NCBI GenBank assembly: GCA_964016885.1
Contig: OZ024742.1
Coordinates: forward strand, 121,086,001 to 121,150,000
DNA: 64,000 nt
From: Eledone cirrhosa
Lineage: Eukaryota
Reading direction: 5' to 3'
Position 1 is the first letter of the stretch. Each line of letters starts with the position of its first letter. This document shows positions 13,946 to 25,690 of the stretch, piece after piece. Both the position numbers and the translations under genes were made by a program. The notes under the pieces are model-generated. The model did no database searches, was not told the DNA's origin, and saw only the letters and a program-made list of their open reading frames with translations.

Positions 13946-14260
13946 TACAATGATAAATGGAAACTACATTTATAAAACCATACCTACTCCATCATATATA
14001 CCTCAAGGGTACCAAAACTTTGGTATACTTTCATCAGATAAAACACGAAGTGTGTTTTATATTTGTTGAGTTACCAACAAATTGAATATCGCTTTTCCTT
14101 GTATATAACTATATATATAGTTAAATATAGTTTCCATTTATTTAATATCATTGTATATGATACTCCAAAAAACTTGTTGAGTGTTCTGAATCAGTTATAA
14201 ACATTTATATTTGTTGAATTACCAACAAATTGAATATCCCTTCTGCTTATATAAATATAT
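12950..14260. mobile_element. Cluster of Penelope-like pLTR/HHR fold-back elements with biased T>C substitutions
   Basis: Hairpins 13122-13321 and 13521-13695 carry degenerate HHR cores and share flanks (aaatggaaactatatttataaaac) with the 17215-17545 element. A ttgttgaattaccaacaa module is repeated near 13840, 14065 and 14210. Confidence 0.65.
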
Positions 14261-14510
14261 ATATTTATAAATAAATATATATATATTTATAAATAAATAT
14301 ATATATTTATAAATAAACACATATATATATAAATATAACTATATATATATTTATAAATAAATATATATATATAAATATAAATATATAAATTTATTTATAT
14401 AAATATATATATAAATATATATATATGAATATATATATATAAATATATATGTACATATAAATATATACATATAAATATATACATATAAATATATATATAT
14501 AAATATATAA

Positions 14511-14595
<85 letters not shown>

Positions 14596-14750
14596 AATAT
14601 AAATATATATATATATAAATATATATATATATAAATATATAAATATATATATAAATATATAAATATATATATAAATATAAATATATATATATATAAATAT
14701 AAATATAGATATAAATATAAATATATATATAAATATAAATATATATATAT
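14250..14750. repeat. About 500-bp degenerate (TA)n/(TAAA) microsatellite
   Basis: Almost entirely A/T. Many shorter (TA)n tracts occur, e.g. 11250, 12050, 13880, 17110, 40260, 42458, 43060, 46702, 48690. Confidence 0.95.
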
Positions 14751-15094
14751 AGAGCATTGGCCTTGCAATCGAAAGGTTGTGAGTTCAATCCTCAGACCGG
14801 GTGATGTGTTGTTTCCTTGAGCAAGACACTTTATTTCACATTGCTCCAGTTTACTCAGATGTAGAAATGAGATGATAGGGACTGGGGTCCCTATCATTCC
14901 ACTGCAAAGTGGTCGTGGAGGTGCCACGGCAAAAAAAGCACCCAGCACTCACTGTAAATGAGGTTGGTGTTAGGAAGGGCATCCAGCTGTAGAAATCAAG
15001 CCAAAAATCAGTTCCCGTCCCACCCTTGCAAGCAGGGAAAAAGCGGACGTAAAATGAAATGATGATGATGATGATGATATCATTATGATAGATT

Positions 15095-17090
15095 ACTAAA
15101 TGAGGATGATGCATGGGAAGAAGAGACCTTACCCCAAGTAGACCCTATAGAGGGGCCAGCAGTACAAGTCAGCAGCAACGTAGTAAGTAAGGCAATCAAA
15201 GATATGAAGATGGGGAAGGCAACCGGTCCATCGGGTATAGCTGCCGAGATGCTGAAGGCATCTGGGTCTGTAGGTCACACTATAACCACACGTATTGTTA
15301 ACCAGGTAATACTAGAAGGTGTCATACCAAAAGATTGGTGCAGTAGCATGATTGTCAACTGCTACAAAGGTAAAGGCGATGCACTAGATAGAGGAAACTA
15401 TAGAGGTATAAAGCTGATGGACCAGGTCATGAAAGTAACAGAAAGAGTTATAGCACAGTTGATTAGGGACCGGGTGAAAATAGACTAGATGCAATTTGGG
15501 TTTGTACCAAGAAGAGGCACCACTGATGCCCTCTTCCTTGTGAGGCAGTTACAGGAAAAGTACCTAGCTAAAAGTAAGCCACTCTACTTGGCATTTGTCG
15601 ACCTTGAGAAAGCCTTTGACAGAGTTCCACGTGCTGTAATCTGGTGGGCTCTTAGAAAACTAGGAGTAGATGAATGGCTTGTGAAAGCGGTACAAGCCAT
15701 GTATAGGGGAACAGTCAGCAAAGTTAGGATTAGCAATGAGTATAGCGAGGAATTTAGCGTACAAGTTGGGGTCCACCAGGGCTCTGTTCTTAGCCCCCCT
15801 CCTGTTCGTCATAGTCCTGCAGGCAATAACGGAGGAGTTTAAGACCGGATGCCCATGGGAACTCCTGTATGCTGATGACCTCGCACTCATAGCTGAATCT
15901 ATGGTAGAACTTGAGAATAAATTCCAAACTTGGAAGCAGGGACTAGAAAGAAAGGGTCTCAAAGTCAACATGACAAAGACTAAGGTCCTTGTAAGTAGAC
16001 GAGAAAACAGAACCCAGATCCTCAGGGAAATGGCCTTGCTCAGTATGTAGGAAAGGTGTAGGTAGGAACTCCATTCTCTGCCCCAAATGCAAACAATGGG
16101 TACACAAGAGATGTAGCAGGATCTCAGGAAGCTTAATTAAGAATCTAGGCTTCACATGCAGCAGCTGTCCTGAGACAGCAAGCAGCAAACAGCCACAGGA
16201 AACAAGTACCACCAATCTCTGGGAGGGCTCTGTAGAAACAGTAGACAGCTTCTGCTACCTAGGTGACAGAATTAGCAGCGGAGGTAGGTGTTCAGAAAGT
16301 ACAATAACTAGGGTAAGAACGGGATGGAATAAGTTTAGGGAACTACTACCACTGCTAGCTGCAAAAGGCTTCTCCCTCAGAATGAAAGGCAGACTGTATG
16401 ATGCGTGTATCCGAACAGCAATGTTGCATGGTAGTGAGACCTGGGCACTGAAGGTGGAACACTTACGTAGATTAGAGAGAAACGAAGCCTGCATGCTCCG
16501 ATGGATGTGTAACAGTAATATACGTGAACGACAAAGCATAAATGAATTGAGAGAAAGACTGAGCATAAGAGGAATCAAAATGCTGTGTACAGGAGAGGCG
16601 GTTGCGCTGGTATGGACATGTGATGCGTATGAAGGATGACAGCTGCATAAAAAGGTGCAGAGCACTAGAAGTTGATGGAAACCGCGGTGTGGGGAGACCC
16701 TAGATGACCTGGGATGAGGTGATAAAAGCCGACCTTACCCAATTACACCTCTCAAAGGCAATGACATACGACCGTGACCTCTGGCGTCACGCAGTAATAC
16801 AGAGTACCCGACCTCCCATGGGTACAAGCTGAAGCATATAGACAATATGCCCCCACACCCCCCACCGCAAGGTGGTCGTGGAGGTGCCACGGCAAAAAAG
16901 CACCCAGCACTCACTGTAAATGAGGTTGGTGTTAGGAAGGGCATCCAGCTGTAGAAATCAAGCCAAATCAGTTCCTGTATGAGCAAGGCATGGTCAGCCG
17001 ACCAGACACTGCCCACAACAGGACAACCCGTCTAACCCATGCTAGCGTGGAAGAACGGACGTAAAACGGTGATGATGATGATGATGATGA
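15095..17090 (+). mobile_element. Young 5'-truncated RTE LINE (RT with PHD insert, 3' UTR, (GAT)n tail)
   Basis: KATGPSGIAAEML, NYRGIKL, FVDLEKAFDRVP, GVHQGSVLSP, LYADD; few disabling mutations. Confidence 0.95.
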
Positions 17091-17150
17091 TATACATAAA
17101 TATATGTAAATATAGATATATATATATATATAAATATATATATATATATG

Positions 17151-17214
<64 letters not shown>

Positions 17215-17222
<8 letters not shown>

Positions 17223-17531
17223 AATATACAATATATTGACAAATGGAAACTATATTTATAAAACCATATTTATTTTATTATACATATTTCAAGGGCCACC
17301 AAGGCAAATTATGGTGCGCTTTCATCAGATAAAATACAATACAGATTTGTTTTATAAATAAATATTCACATACCCTGAAAAAAGACAACCTTAACGGTTG
17401 GAGCTTCCTGGAAGCTCTCCAACCGTTTTATCTGATGAAAGTGCACCATAATTTGCCTTGGTGGCCCTTGAAATATGTATAATAAAATAAATATGGTTTT
17501 ATAAATATAGTTTCCATTTGTTAATATATTG

Positions 17532-17545
<14 letters not shown>
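17215..17545. mobile_element. Penelope-like inverted pLTR fold-back (about 120-bp near-identical arms, each with an HHR) inside (TA)n
   Basis: 17225-17334 is the reverse complement of 17426-17535. An inner hairpin reads aacggttggag...ctccaaccgtt. Confidence 0.7.
17426..17487 (+). ncRNA. Type I hammerhead ribozyme in a fold-back element (antisense twin at 17273-17334)
   Basis: UUUUAU-CUGAUGA-AAGugcacca...uggugGccCUU-GAAA-UAugUA-UA/AUAAAA, with the short near-palindromic stem III typical of Penelope-associated HHRs. Confidence 0.78.
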
Positions 17546-17571
<26 letters not shown>

Positions 17572-17574
17572 TAT

Positions 17575-19580
17575 ATCATCATCATCATCATCATTTTACG
17601 TCCGTTCTTCCCAGCTTGCAAGGGTGCGACGGGTCTTATTCAGCACAGCATCTCTCCACTCGTCACGGTCCTTCGTCATCTCCACCATGAGCTTCAGCGA
17701 TCTGAGGTCTGTTCTCACCACCTCCGCCCATGTTTTTCGTGGTCTACCTCTACCACGTCTTCCTTCAACTGGCATTTCCTGGCACTTCTTCACCCATCGG
17801 TCATCCTCCATGCACATCACATGTCCATACCACCTCAGTCTCCTCTCCCGTACACTACATTCTATCCCTCTCAGACACAGTTTCTCTCTCAACACATTCA
17901 TGCTGGGTCGTTCACACACATTGACACTGCACATCCAACGGAGCATGCTTGCCTCATTTCTCTCCAGCCGTCGCATGTCCTCTGCAGTTGCTGCCCATGT
18001 CTCACTACCATGCAGCATCGCGCTCCTCACACAGGCATCATATAACCTGCCTTTCGTACGCAGGGAGAAACCCTTCTTCGTCAGCAGAGGAAGCAGCTCC
18101 CTAAACTTCTTCCAACCCGTTCTTATTCTAGATACTATGCCCTCGGAACCCCCCTCCCTCCCATGCTAATCTGATCTCCTAGGTACCGGAAACTATCCAC
18201 CACTTCTATAGCACCCGCCTGCATTTGAAAATTGTGTCTATCAATGCGACTTCTACTGTACATCTACTGCATACATATTTCTCCCTACCTGTTAGTTTGC
18301 CTGCTATCCCACTACATCTCTTGTGTACCCAGGATCTGCATTGTGTGCATTTTATAGAATTTATGCCAGTTCCTTTTCTGCATATCGAACATGGCCATTT
18401 CCCTGACGGAATCAGAGTTTTATCCTCTTTTCTACTCATCAACAGTTTTGTCTTAGATAGGTTCACTCTCAGTCCTCTTGCTTCCAACTGCTGTTTCCAT
18501 AGCCAGAATTTATTCTCTAGCTCCTCTACTGATTCTGCTATAAGAACCAGATCGTCAGCATAGAGAAGTTCCCATGGACAGCCAGTCTTAAACTCCTCTG
18601 TTATGGCTTGGAGGACTATAATGAACAAGAGCGAGCTGAGGACTGAACCTTGATGTACTCCTACTTGTATCTGGAATTCCTCACTAAACTCCATTCCTAC
18701 CCTGACTTTACTGACAGTACTTCTGTACAAAGTTTGCACTGTCCTCACAAGCCATTCCTCAACACCTAGTTTCCTTAGGGACCATCAGATGACAGATCGG
18801 GGTACCCTATCAAAGGCCTTCTCTAGGTCAACAAAGGCTAAGTATAGTGACTTATTTTTCTCTAAGAACCTCTCTTGCAATTGTCTCACCAAGAAGAGGG
18901 CATCTGTTGTACTCTTCCCAGGCACAAAACCAAACTGCATCTCATCTAGTTTGACCCTTTCTTTAATTAGTTGTGCTAATATCCTTTCTGCCACTTTCAT
19001 AACCTGATCCATCAGTTTTATACCCCTATAATTGCTCCTCTCCAGAGCATCCCCTTTACCTTTGTAGCAATTTATGAGAATACTGCTGCACCAGTCTTTG
19101 GGTATGACACCGCCATATATAGCCTGATTGATGATGCATGCAACCTGTTTAGTGCCTACGTCCCCTGATGCTTTCAGTATCTCAGCAACTATTCCCGATG
19201 GTCCAGCAGCCTTACCATTTTTCATTTCCTTAATCACCTCTTGCACCCTATATTCTTCAATCTCAATAGCTGGTCCCTCTGTCGGATCTACTGAGAGTAA
19301 TATCTCTCTCTCCCATTCGTTCTCCACATTCATCAGTCTCTCATAATGACATTTCCAGGCCTCCTTTTTCTGATCATTCGTGACACTAAGTACACCGGCA
19401 TCATTCCGGACACATTTATCTCCAACAACATCCTGATTTGCATTAACACACTGCCTTGCAATGTGGAACACCGCACGCCTCTGATCTTCCCATCGCAGAA
19501 CATTGGCAAACCTCCTACTCTCAGCCGCCCTGCTAAGTACACCTGATGTCTAGCTTCTCTCTTAGCAGCTACTCTCACCC
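17575..19580 (-). mobile_element. 5'-truncated RTE LINE, second subfamily with a short 3' UTR
   Basis: ORFs 18785-19471, 18206-18748 and 17596-18030 give contiguous RT motifs (FVDLEKAFD, GVHQGS, LYADD). (CAT)n tail at about 17575-17593. Confidence 0.95.
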
Positions 19581-20521
19581 TTATATATATATATTAAGTT
19601 GACGGAACTAGCATGGGTATCACTGCTAGGACCGGTTGCATCTCAGCATACTCAAAAGGTAATGTTAAATAAACTCTCAGAGTATACACATAGTTATTCA
19701 CTTCAATACAACACATGTAAACAGGTACCTTCAATTGTTCCCAAACTCGAGTTTCGGCCACACTTAATGCAGCAGCAGAGTGCGCTGCACCCTCTGTCCG
19801 CATATATTATGCAACAATGCACAATCGGCGCATGTGGCTTCATCAGCGGGCTTTGCCTAATCAATATCCAATCGATTGACAGCATTCGACTCCAGTCTGT
19901 GCTAGCTATGACTGTATGTGACGGCCAACACAGTAAAATGTCGGTAACTGGAATCTCTCTGCGTCACAATGCTGTCTCCTGATTGGCTACCAATTTATAA
20001 ATTTACATGATGACAAGAGACGAAATTCAAATAGTTCGCCCCGCCATAAGCACTCAGCCAACAAATCTCAAACACAAATTAACAAGTTAGTAAAAAATTG
20101 ATTAGAGAAATTCAGTCTCCAATCGCTGTACAATAGAATGGTAGCATTCGGTTCTAGTCTCCAAGTCCCATTATGAGAAATGGTGCGATACTAACAATGG
20201 TAGTCCTAAAACCTTTACAGACACATTAAATATATATATTACATTTTCTAACTCTTATTTCCACTTAAGCTGTGTCAGTTTTAGTTTGATTTAGACGTCC
20301 TCTATTATATCTGAGCTTATAATGTACAATAATTGTTCACTTAATCCTAGTCTGGTTTTACCCTATGTGAAAACCTAACCAACCCTAACTATATCCTGTT
20401 TATGCTCTATACCTTCTTGTTATAAACTTGGATGTAGGTTAAACAAAGGGAAGAAACCTTTGACTAAATGTTAAGTAAATGTGAACACATGAAATCTTAT
20501 TGCTTTCTACTCTCTGTTTAG

Positions 20522-20682
20522 CAAATACCAGCAACGGGTGCCATATGATTTACTATCTGGCCTTGCTCATGCTCTGTTGGATGGTACAGTCTTTGAGATA
20601 GTCCAGGGCTTATCTGAAGTACAGCATTTGGAAGAGAAGAGTTTGTTTAATCAGCGAGTAAAACAAACAAATGATCATAAAG
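20522..20682 (+). CDS. DGCR6: DGCR6-family protein, coding exon 2 ([54 protein letters not shown])
   Basis: Contains the hallmark [25 protein letters not shown]. Acceptor ctctgtttAG at 20520-21, donor G|GTAATG after 20682; phases are consistent with both neighbours. Confidence 0.95.
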
Positions 20683-20769
20683 GTAATGTATCTAACTATT
20701 TTAGTTTTACACTCTTCTGTGTATGTTTTTACATTGATTTAGTGTAATTATGTTCATCATGTCTCATAA

Positions 20770-21098
20770 CTTGGAGGTTGTTGGAAGACTGGTAGGTTGT
20801 GTTGTATATTTTGGGGTTGTTGGAACACTGTGGTAGGTTGTGTTGTATATTTGGGGGTTGTTGGAACACTGTGGTAGGTTGTGTTGTATATTTGGGGGTT
20901 GTTGGAACACTGTGGTAGGTTGTGTTGTATATTTGGGGGTTGTTGGAACACTGCTGAGGTAGATTGTGTTGTATATTTGGGGGTTGTTGGAACACTGCTG
21001 AGGTAGATTGTGTTGTATATTTGGGGGTTGTTGGAACACTGTAGTAGGTTGTGTTGTATATTTGGGGGTTGTTGGAACACTGTGATAGGTTGTGTTGC
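20770..21098. repeat. 41-bp minisatellite, about 7.5 copies (two 44-bp variants)
   Basis: Unit tggtaggttgtgttgtatatttgggggttgttggaacactg. Confidence 0.95.
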
Positions 21099-23359
21099 AC
21101 ATTGTTAATGAGAAAAGAGAATGGATGTATCAATTCCTGTAACTGTTCACTTCAAAAGCAGCAAATTGGCAAAGTCATTAAAGTGTTGGATTAAAATTAA
21201 ATGCCTTGGTATTTGCTCTGGCTCTGAGTTCAAATCCCATTGAGGTCAATTTTGCCTTTCACCCTTTTGGTGCCAATACATAATGTACCAATCCAGGGGT
21301 GGTAGATAGACAGAATCATTAAAGAATCAAACAAGTTCCTTTGCAATATGTTTTGATTCTGTCAATTCTAGTTTCAAACCTGTCTGTTGTCACTGGAAAA
21401 GTGGTGATTCTTCTGCCAGGAATTGCATGTAACCATCAGATAGTAGCAGCAAGGGAAAGACCAGTGGAAGCAGAAGCAGTTTTCTTAGTCTGATTTGATG
21501 ATCAGTTCTTTTCCTTTTTTTCTTTTTTGGAACACTGTACCAGTTGATAGAACAGTGAGCTTCCATCCCTTCTTGTTCAGTAGTTTATCTTTTACCATCT
21601 CTCTGGTGTATTACAAGAAACACTGCATTTATTAATCATGTCAGCTTGATTAAACTTATATTCATCTATCTTTGAGAAACATGCTATTTATTGCTTGCCT
21701 AAGATGAACAGAGAGCTACAAATGTCTGAGTTAATAGGATATTAGACAACCAGCAGTTTGTATCTTTGTACAAAGAATTCCACTATCATTGGCCAAATCC
21801 ACATAACTTTAAATACATATGCACTACTGGGAAGCATAATTCACTGTTGTTATCAATGACAACTCCTGTGAGGAAAAATATTTCTGTTTGAAGAAATTTA
21901 TCTCTCATCTGCTGATCTCCAGATTTCTAGGGATGAAGAGCCATCTTATAGAGCTGTAATGATTCAGAAAATGTGAGTTATATTCAAACTGAATTTCAAG
22001 TTTTGTGTTACTTTTACTTCAGTCTAATTGTTAATTAATATTATGGCCAAAGGAAATTAGCAAACATCTGCTTGGAAAATAATTAGTAAAGTATTGTCTG
22101 CTTTCCAGTAGGTTTGTTATTGAATCTGTGGTAGTGGCGATTTCCAGCATTTTATTGTCCCTGTAACAACACCTTACTCACTGCTATTGGGACAGAGTAA
22201 GTCTCTCACAGGAGTTAGCTCCTCACATGACTGAGCCCCTCACAGGAGTTAGTCCTGTGATTTCCTGCATTATTTGTCTTTGTAACACCTTACTCACTGC
22301 TATTGGAGTGGAGTTAACTCCATGAGTTGGAATGACTATTTCAACACATCTTTGCTATCCTCCGGAGTAATATTTTCTCCATTCTCTCCACTATGACTGA
22401 AGCAGCTTGCACCTAGAATTCTGCACACCAGAGAGCATTCTCCTACACTGTTTGGGATTGTATCGTTGGGGTAATGATGATTGAGTATTCTTTTTCATAT
22501 TTTATATAGAAAGATATATGAGAAATGGGTGACTTATGAATTAGTAAGGTAAGCGTTCACACAATGAAGAGAGCAAGAAATCTACAATAAAGTCTAGCTT
22601 TGGCTTTTTAAGACAGGGGAGACAATTTCAAATCTTATAAATGAAACTGGTTGACTATTCTGAAATCATTAATCTAGACGTTTTCAGAGTCAGCATTCAC
22701 CACTGGTCTCTATCCTCTATCATGTGTAGAAGTATCGTAGTGTTGTGACCTGTCCAGGATTTTATTTATTTGCCCTCAACTATGCTCTGAAGGATGATTT
22801 TAGACAAAGAGTCGTGTGAGATATGTGACTGTACCAGGCGAGCTTCCATCTTTTTACCACTGTAACGAGTGGTTGCTTTAATAATTATTAATTCTGTTAT
22901 GAACCCACTTTACTGTTATAGTTTCTGTTATTAGATTATACAATCAATGATGCTGTTGATCATTGTATTGATATTAATTTCTAAAACACTAGTTGGAGAA
23001 AAGAAATACTTTGGTGTTGATGTCTTTCTCGGTGACATTAGAGACAAATGTGAAGGGATATTATTTCCATTAGCAATGAATACCAGCTCACAAATTCATC
23101 TTATCTCTCAATCTATGTTCTTTTTTACAGAATGTAATAATATGGATATCTTATTACTAGGCACATGTCAGTATTGTTGTTGAACAACAACACTGACATG
23201 TGCCTAGTAATTGTATGTTGAGTCCCACATCAACCCCAATCAAAAGCATTCAGATATTTTTTTTTTAAAGTTTTTATTGCCTTCTATGTAATCCAGTTTG
23301 TCTATCCCTTTAAAGATAGTTGAGCTGCTATTTCTAGTAAGTCGAATTTTTCTGGGAAG

Positions 23360-23540
23360 TGTGTATAGTTGACCCCATATGGCCAGTGTTTTCAGGAGAA
23401 TGTCTATAGTTGACCCCACAAGGCCAGTGTTTTCAGGGGACTGTGTATAGTTGACCACACATGGCCAGTGTTTTCAGGGGACTGTGTATAGTTGACCCCA
23501 CACGGCCAGTGTTTTCAGGGGAGTGTGTCTAGTCGACTCC
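23360..23540. repeat. 41-bp minisatellite, about 4.3 copies
   Basis: Unit gtgtatagttgaccccacatggccagtgttttcaggggact at 23361, 23402, 23443 and 23484. Confidence 0.9.
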
Positions 23541-24299
23541 ACTACATTACTCATACTTATTTTATGAAATATTTGAAGTAGAAAAATAATAACAGGACAA
23601 AAACTAATTACTACTGAAATACATTTAGTTTTCACTGTACATTTTCTTACAAATTTCTGTTTTAATTTTGTCATTAGTGTAATCAGTGCCTGTTGACTAT
23701 CACTGAAGAGATAGGTATAGTATGTTAAATATGCATATTTAACATACTGGAGATATAGGTAATTATTATCATCATCATTTAACGTTCATTTTTCCTTGCT
23801 AGCAAAGGTATTATTCATTATTACATGTCTTCAGGGTGATAGTTTGACAGAATTGGTAGAGCATCGGACGACATGCTTAGGGATTTAGAGTTACGGCCCA
23901 TTACAGTTCGAGTTCAAAAGCCGCCACGTTTAACTTTGCCTTTCATACTTACGGGGTCAATAAAGTAAAGTACCAGTAATGCACTGGGGTGGATTTAATC
24001 GACTTTTCCCTCCCTCCAAATTGCTGACCTTGTAGAAATCAGGGTTGGACGCTATGCTTTGACGCACAGAGTTATGGCCCTTGCCATTCTGAGTTCGAAT
24101 CCCGCCGAGGTTAACTTTGCCTTTCATCCTTACGGGGTCGATAAAATAAAGTACCAGTAATGCACTGGGTAATTGTTGGCCTTGTGCCAAAAAGTAGAAA
24201 CAATTATTACATGTCTTCAGCCTGTTCAATCTGAGCTGACCAAGCTGACCAAATCATCAACCATATGTTGTTGATGTAGCCCCATTGGTTCCAACAATA

Positions 24300-24596
24300 A
24301 ATGCTCAGGTTGAGACGATCAATGGAATAACCTGCTCATGAAATTTATGTGCAAGTGGTTTTAAATTCCACATATGCATGTACCTTTAATGTAGTTCTCA
24401 GGGAGATTCAGCATGATATATAGTGTGACATGGCTGGCCATTTGAATTACTAGAACAACTCATTTTTGCCAACTGAGTGGACTGGAGCAACGTGAAATAA
24501 AGTGTCTTGCTCAAGGACACAACACGCCACCAGGCATTGAACTCGCAACCTTAAGATCATGAACCGAACACCCTAACCACTAAGCCATATGCTTCA
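24300..24596 (-). mobile_element. tRNA-derived SINE (tggcttagtggttag head)
   Basis: Reverse complement of the 12597 head and core, with a different tail. Related copies at about 33640-33830 and 51400-51725. Confidence 0.75.
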
Positions 24597-25583
24597 ACAT
24601 CAATAATAACAACTGCAACAATAATCTGTTCACATTGCAGGTTCTAACCCTTTAAAATTTACATTACTCTATATTTACTATTATATTTTCATGGTAAAGG
24701 CTTTACCTCACATAATTATCTCACATAATATTGAATCAGTGCGATTTTAATATTAATTATTTGAGAACAATACCTTAACATCAGTATGAGGAGCCAGTTA
24801 CAGCTGGTTTGAACAGAAAGAAGTGAGAGAATTCTGGCTGGTTTAAATGCTAAAGGGCTAAGGAGAATTTATAAAGAGTGTTGAGTAGAAATTAAATGAT
24901 TTATGTCAAATTAGATAAATACCTATAAATATTGAAATAATTCTGCTGTTTACTATGGCTTTAGTTGTAAGAATACTTTCCTACTAGTAACCTTTATCTT
25001 AATTGCAGGTTAGAAATTGACCTGTCACCAGTAATGAAGTGTTTCACAAAATAAGATTGGCAAGATATGTTGACTTAAGAAAAAGATGTAGTAGCCATAT
25101 TGCTATATATTTAAGTTTGTAAACATCGGGATGATTCATTGTGCCCCATGATCTACTGTGCTTTGGTTTCACCAACTATTGTTATTTTTTTAGTAGATAC
25201 TTTAGAAGTTTCTATATTGAGTGTTAAGAAATGCTTATCATTTTGAAGATAATCTCCCACAATTCAAATGTGCAGGATTAACATAATCCATCAAACCATA
25301 CTTACTGTGTATATACTCCAAACATATACATATGTTCCCTTACATCCTCTTCACCAGCACTTATTGAGAGGTCTGCCAAGAGAATTGGTTGAAGAAAATG
25401 TATGAAAACAGTGACTGTTTTCTGAAATAATGGGTGTAGAGAGAAAAGCAGAATTATCTTCCAGGTCAGCACAGAAGAAGGGGGTTGAATAATGTCTGAA
25501 TAAAAATTTATATTTATGGTGTTATATTTTATTATATGCAGTATTTTAATTTATTTATGACCTGATTTTATTTGTTTATTTAG

Positions 25584-25690
25584 CCCAGAAGCATGAAATG
25601 ACAAAAAAACACAAGGAACTACTGCAAGGTTGTGAAAGTAAACCTCATAATTTACCTTTGGTGCAAGCTCAAGTAGATCGTGAACGAGAG
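25584..25690 (+). CDS. DGCR6: DGCR6-family protein, coding exon 3 (AQKHEMTKKHKELLQGCESKPHNLPLVQAQVDRERE)
   Basis: PHNLP motif as in DGCR6. Acceptor tttatttAG at 25582-83, donor GAG|GTAAAT after 25690; phase 1 in, phase 0 out. Confidence 0.92.

Noticed and set aside
14351-14948. YIYI-rich ORFs here and near 11.2, 12.0, 17.0, 40.2, 42.4, 43.1 and 48.5 kb
   Set aside because: These are translations of (TA)n microsatellites.
14751-15060. T/C differences between the two SINE-RTE copies as further editing evidence
   Set aside because: Other RTE tails in the window carry C at several of these sites, so the 12621 copy more likely underwent ordinary C>T decay.
20729-21133. Mucin-like repetitive ORFs on the minus strand
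   Set aside because: All three frames are open because of a 41-bp minisatellite whose unit is not a multiple of 3; it is intronic.
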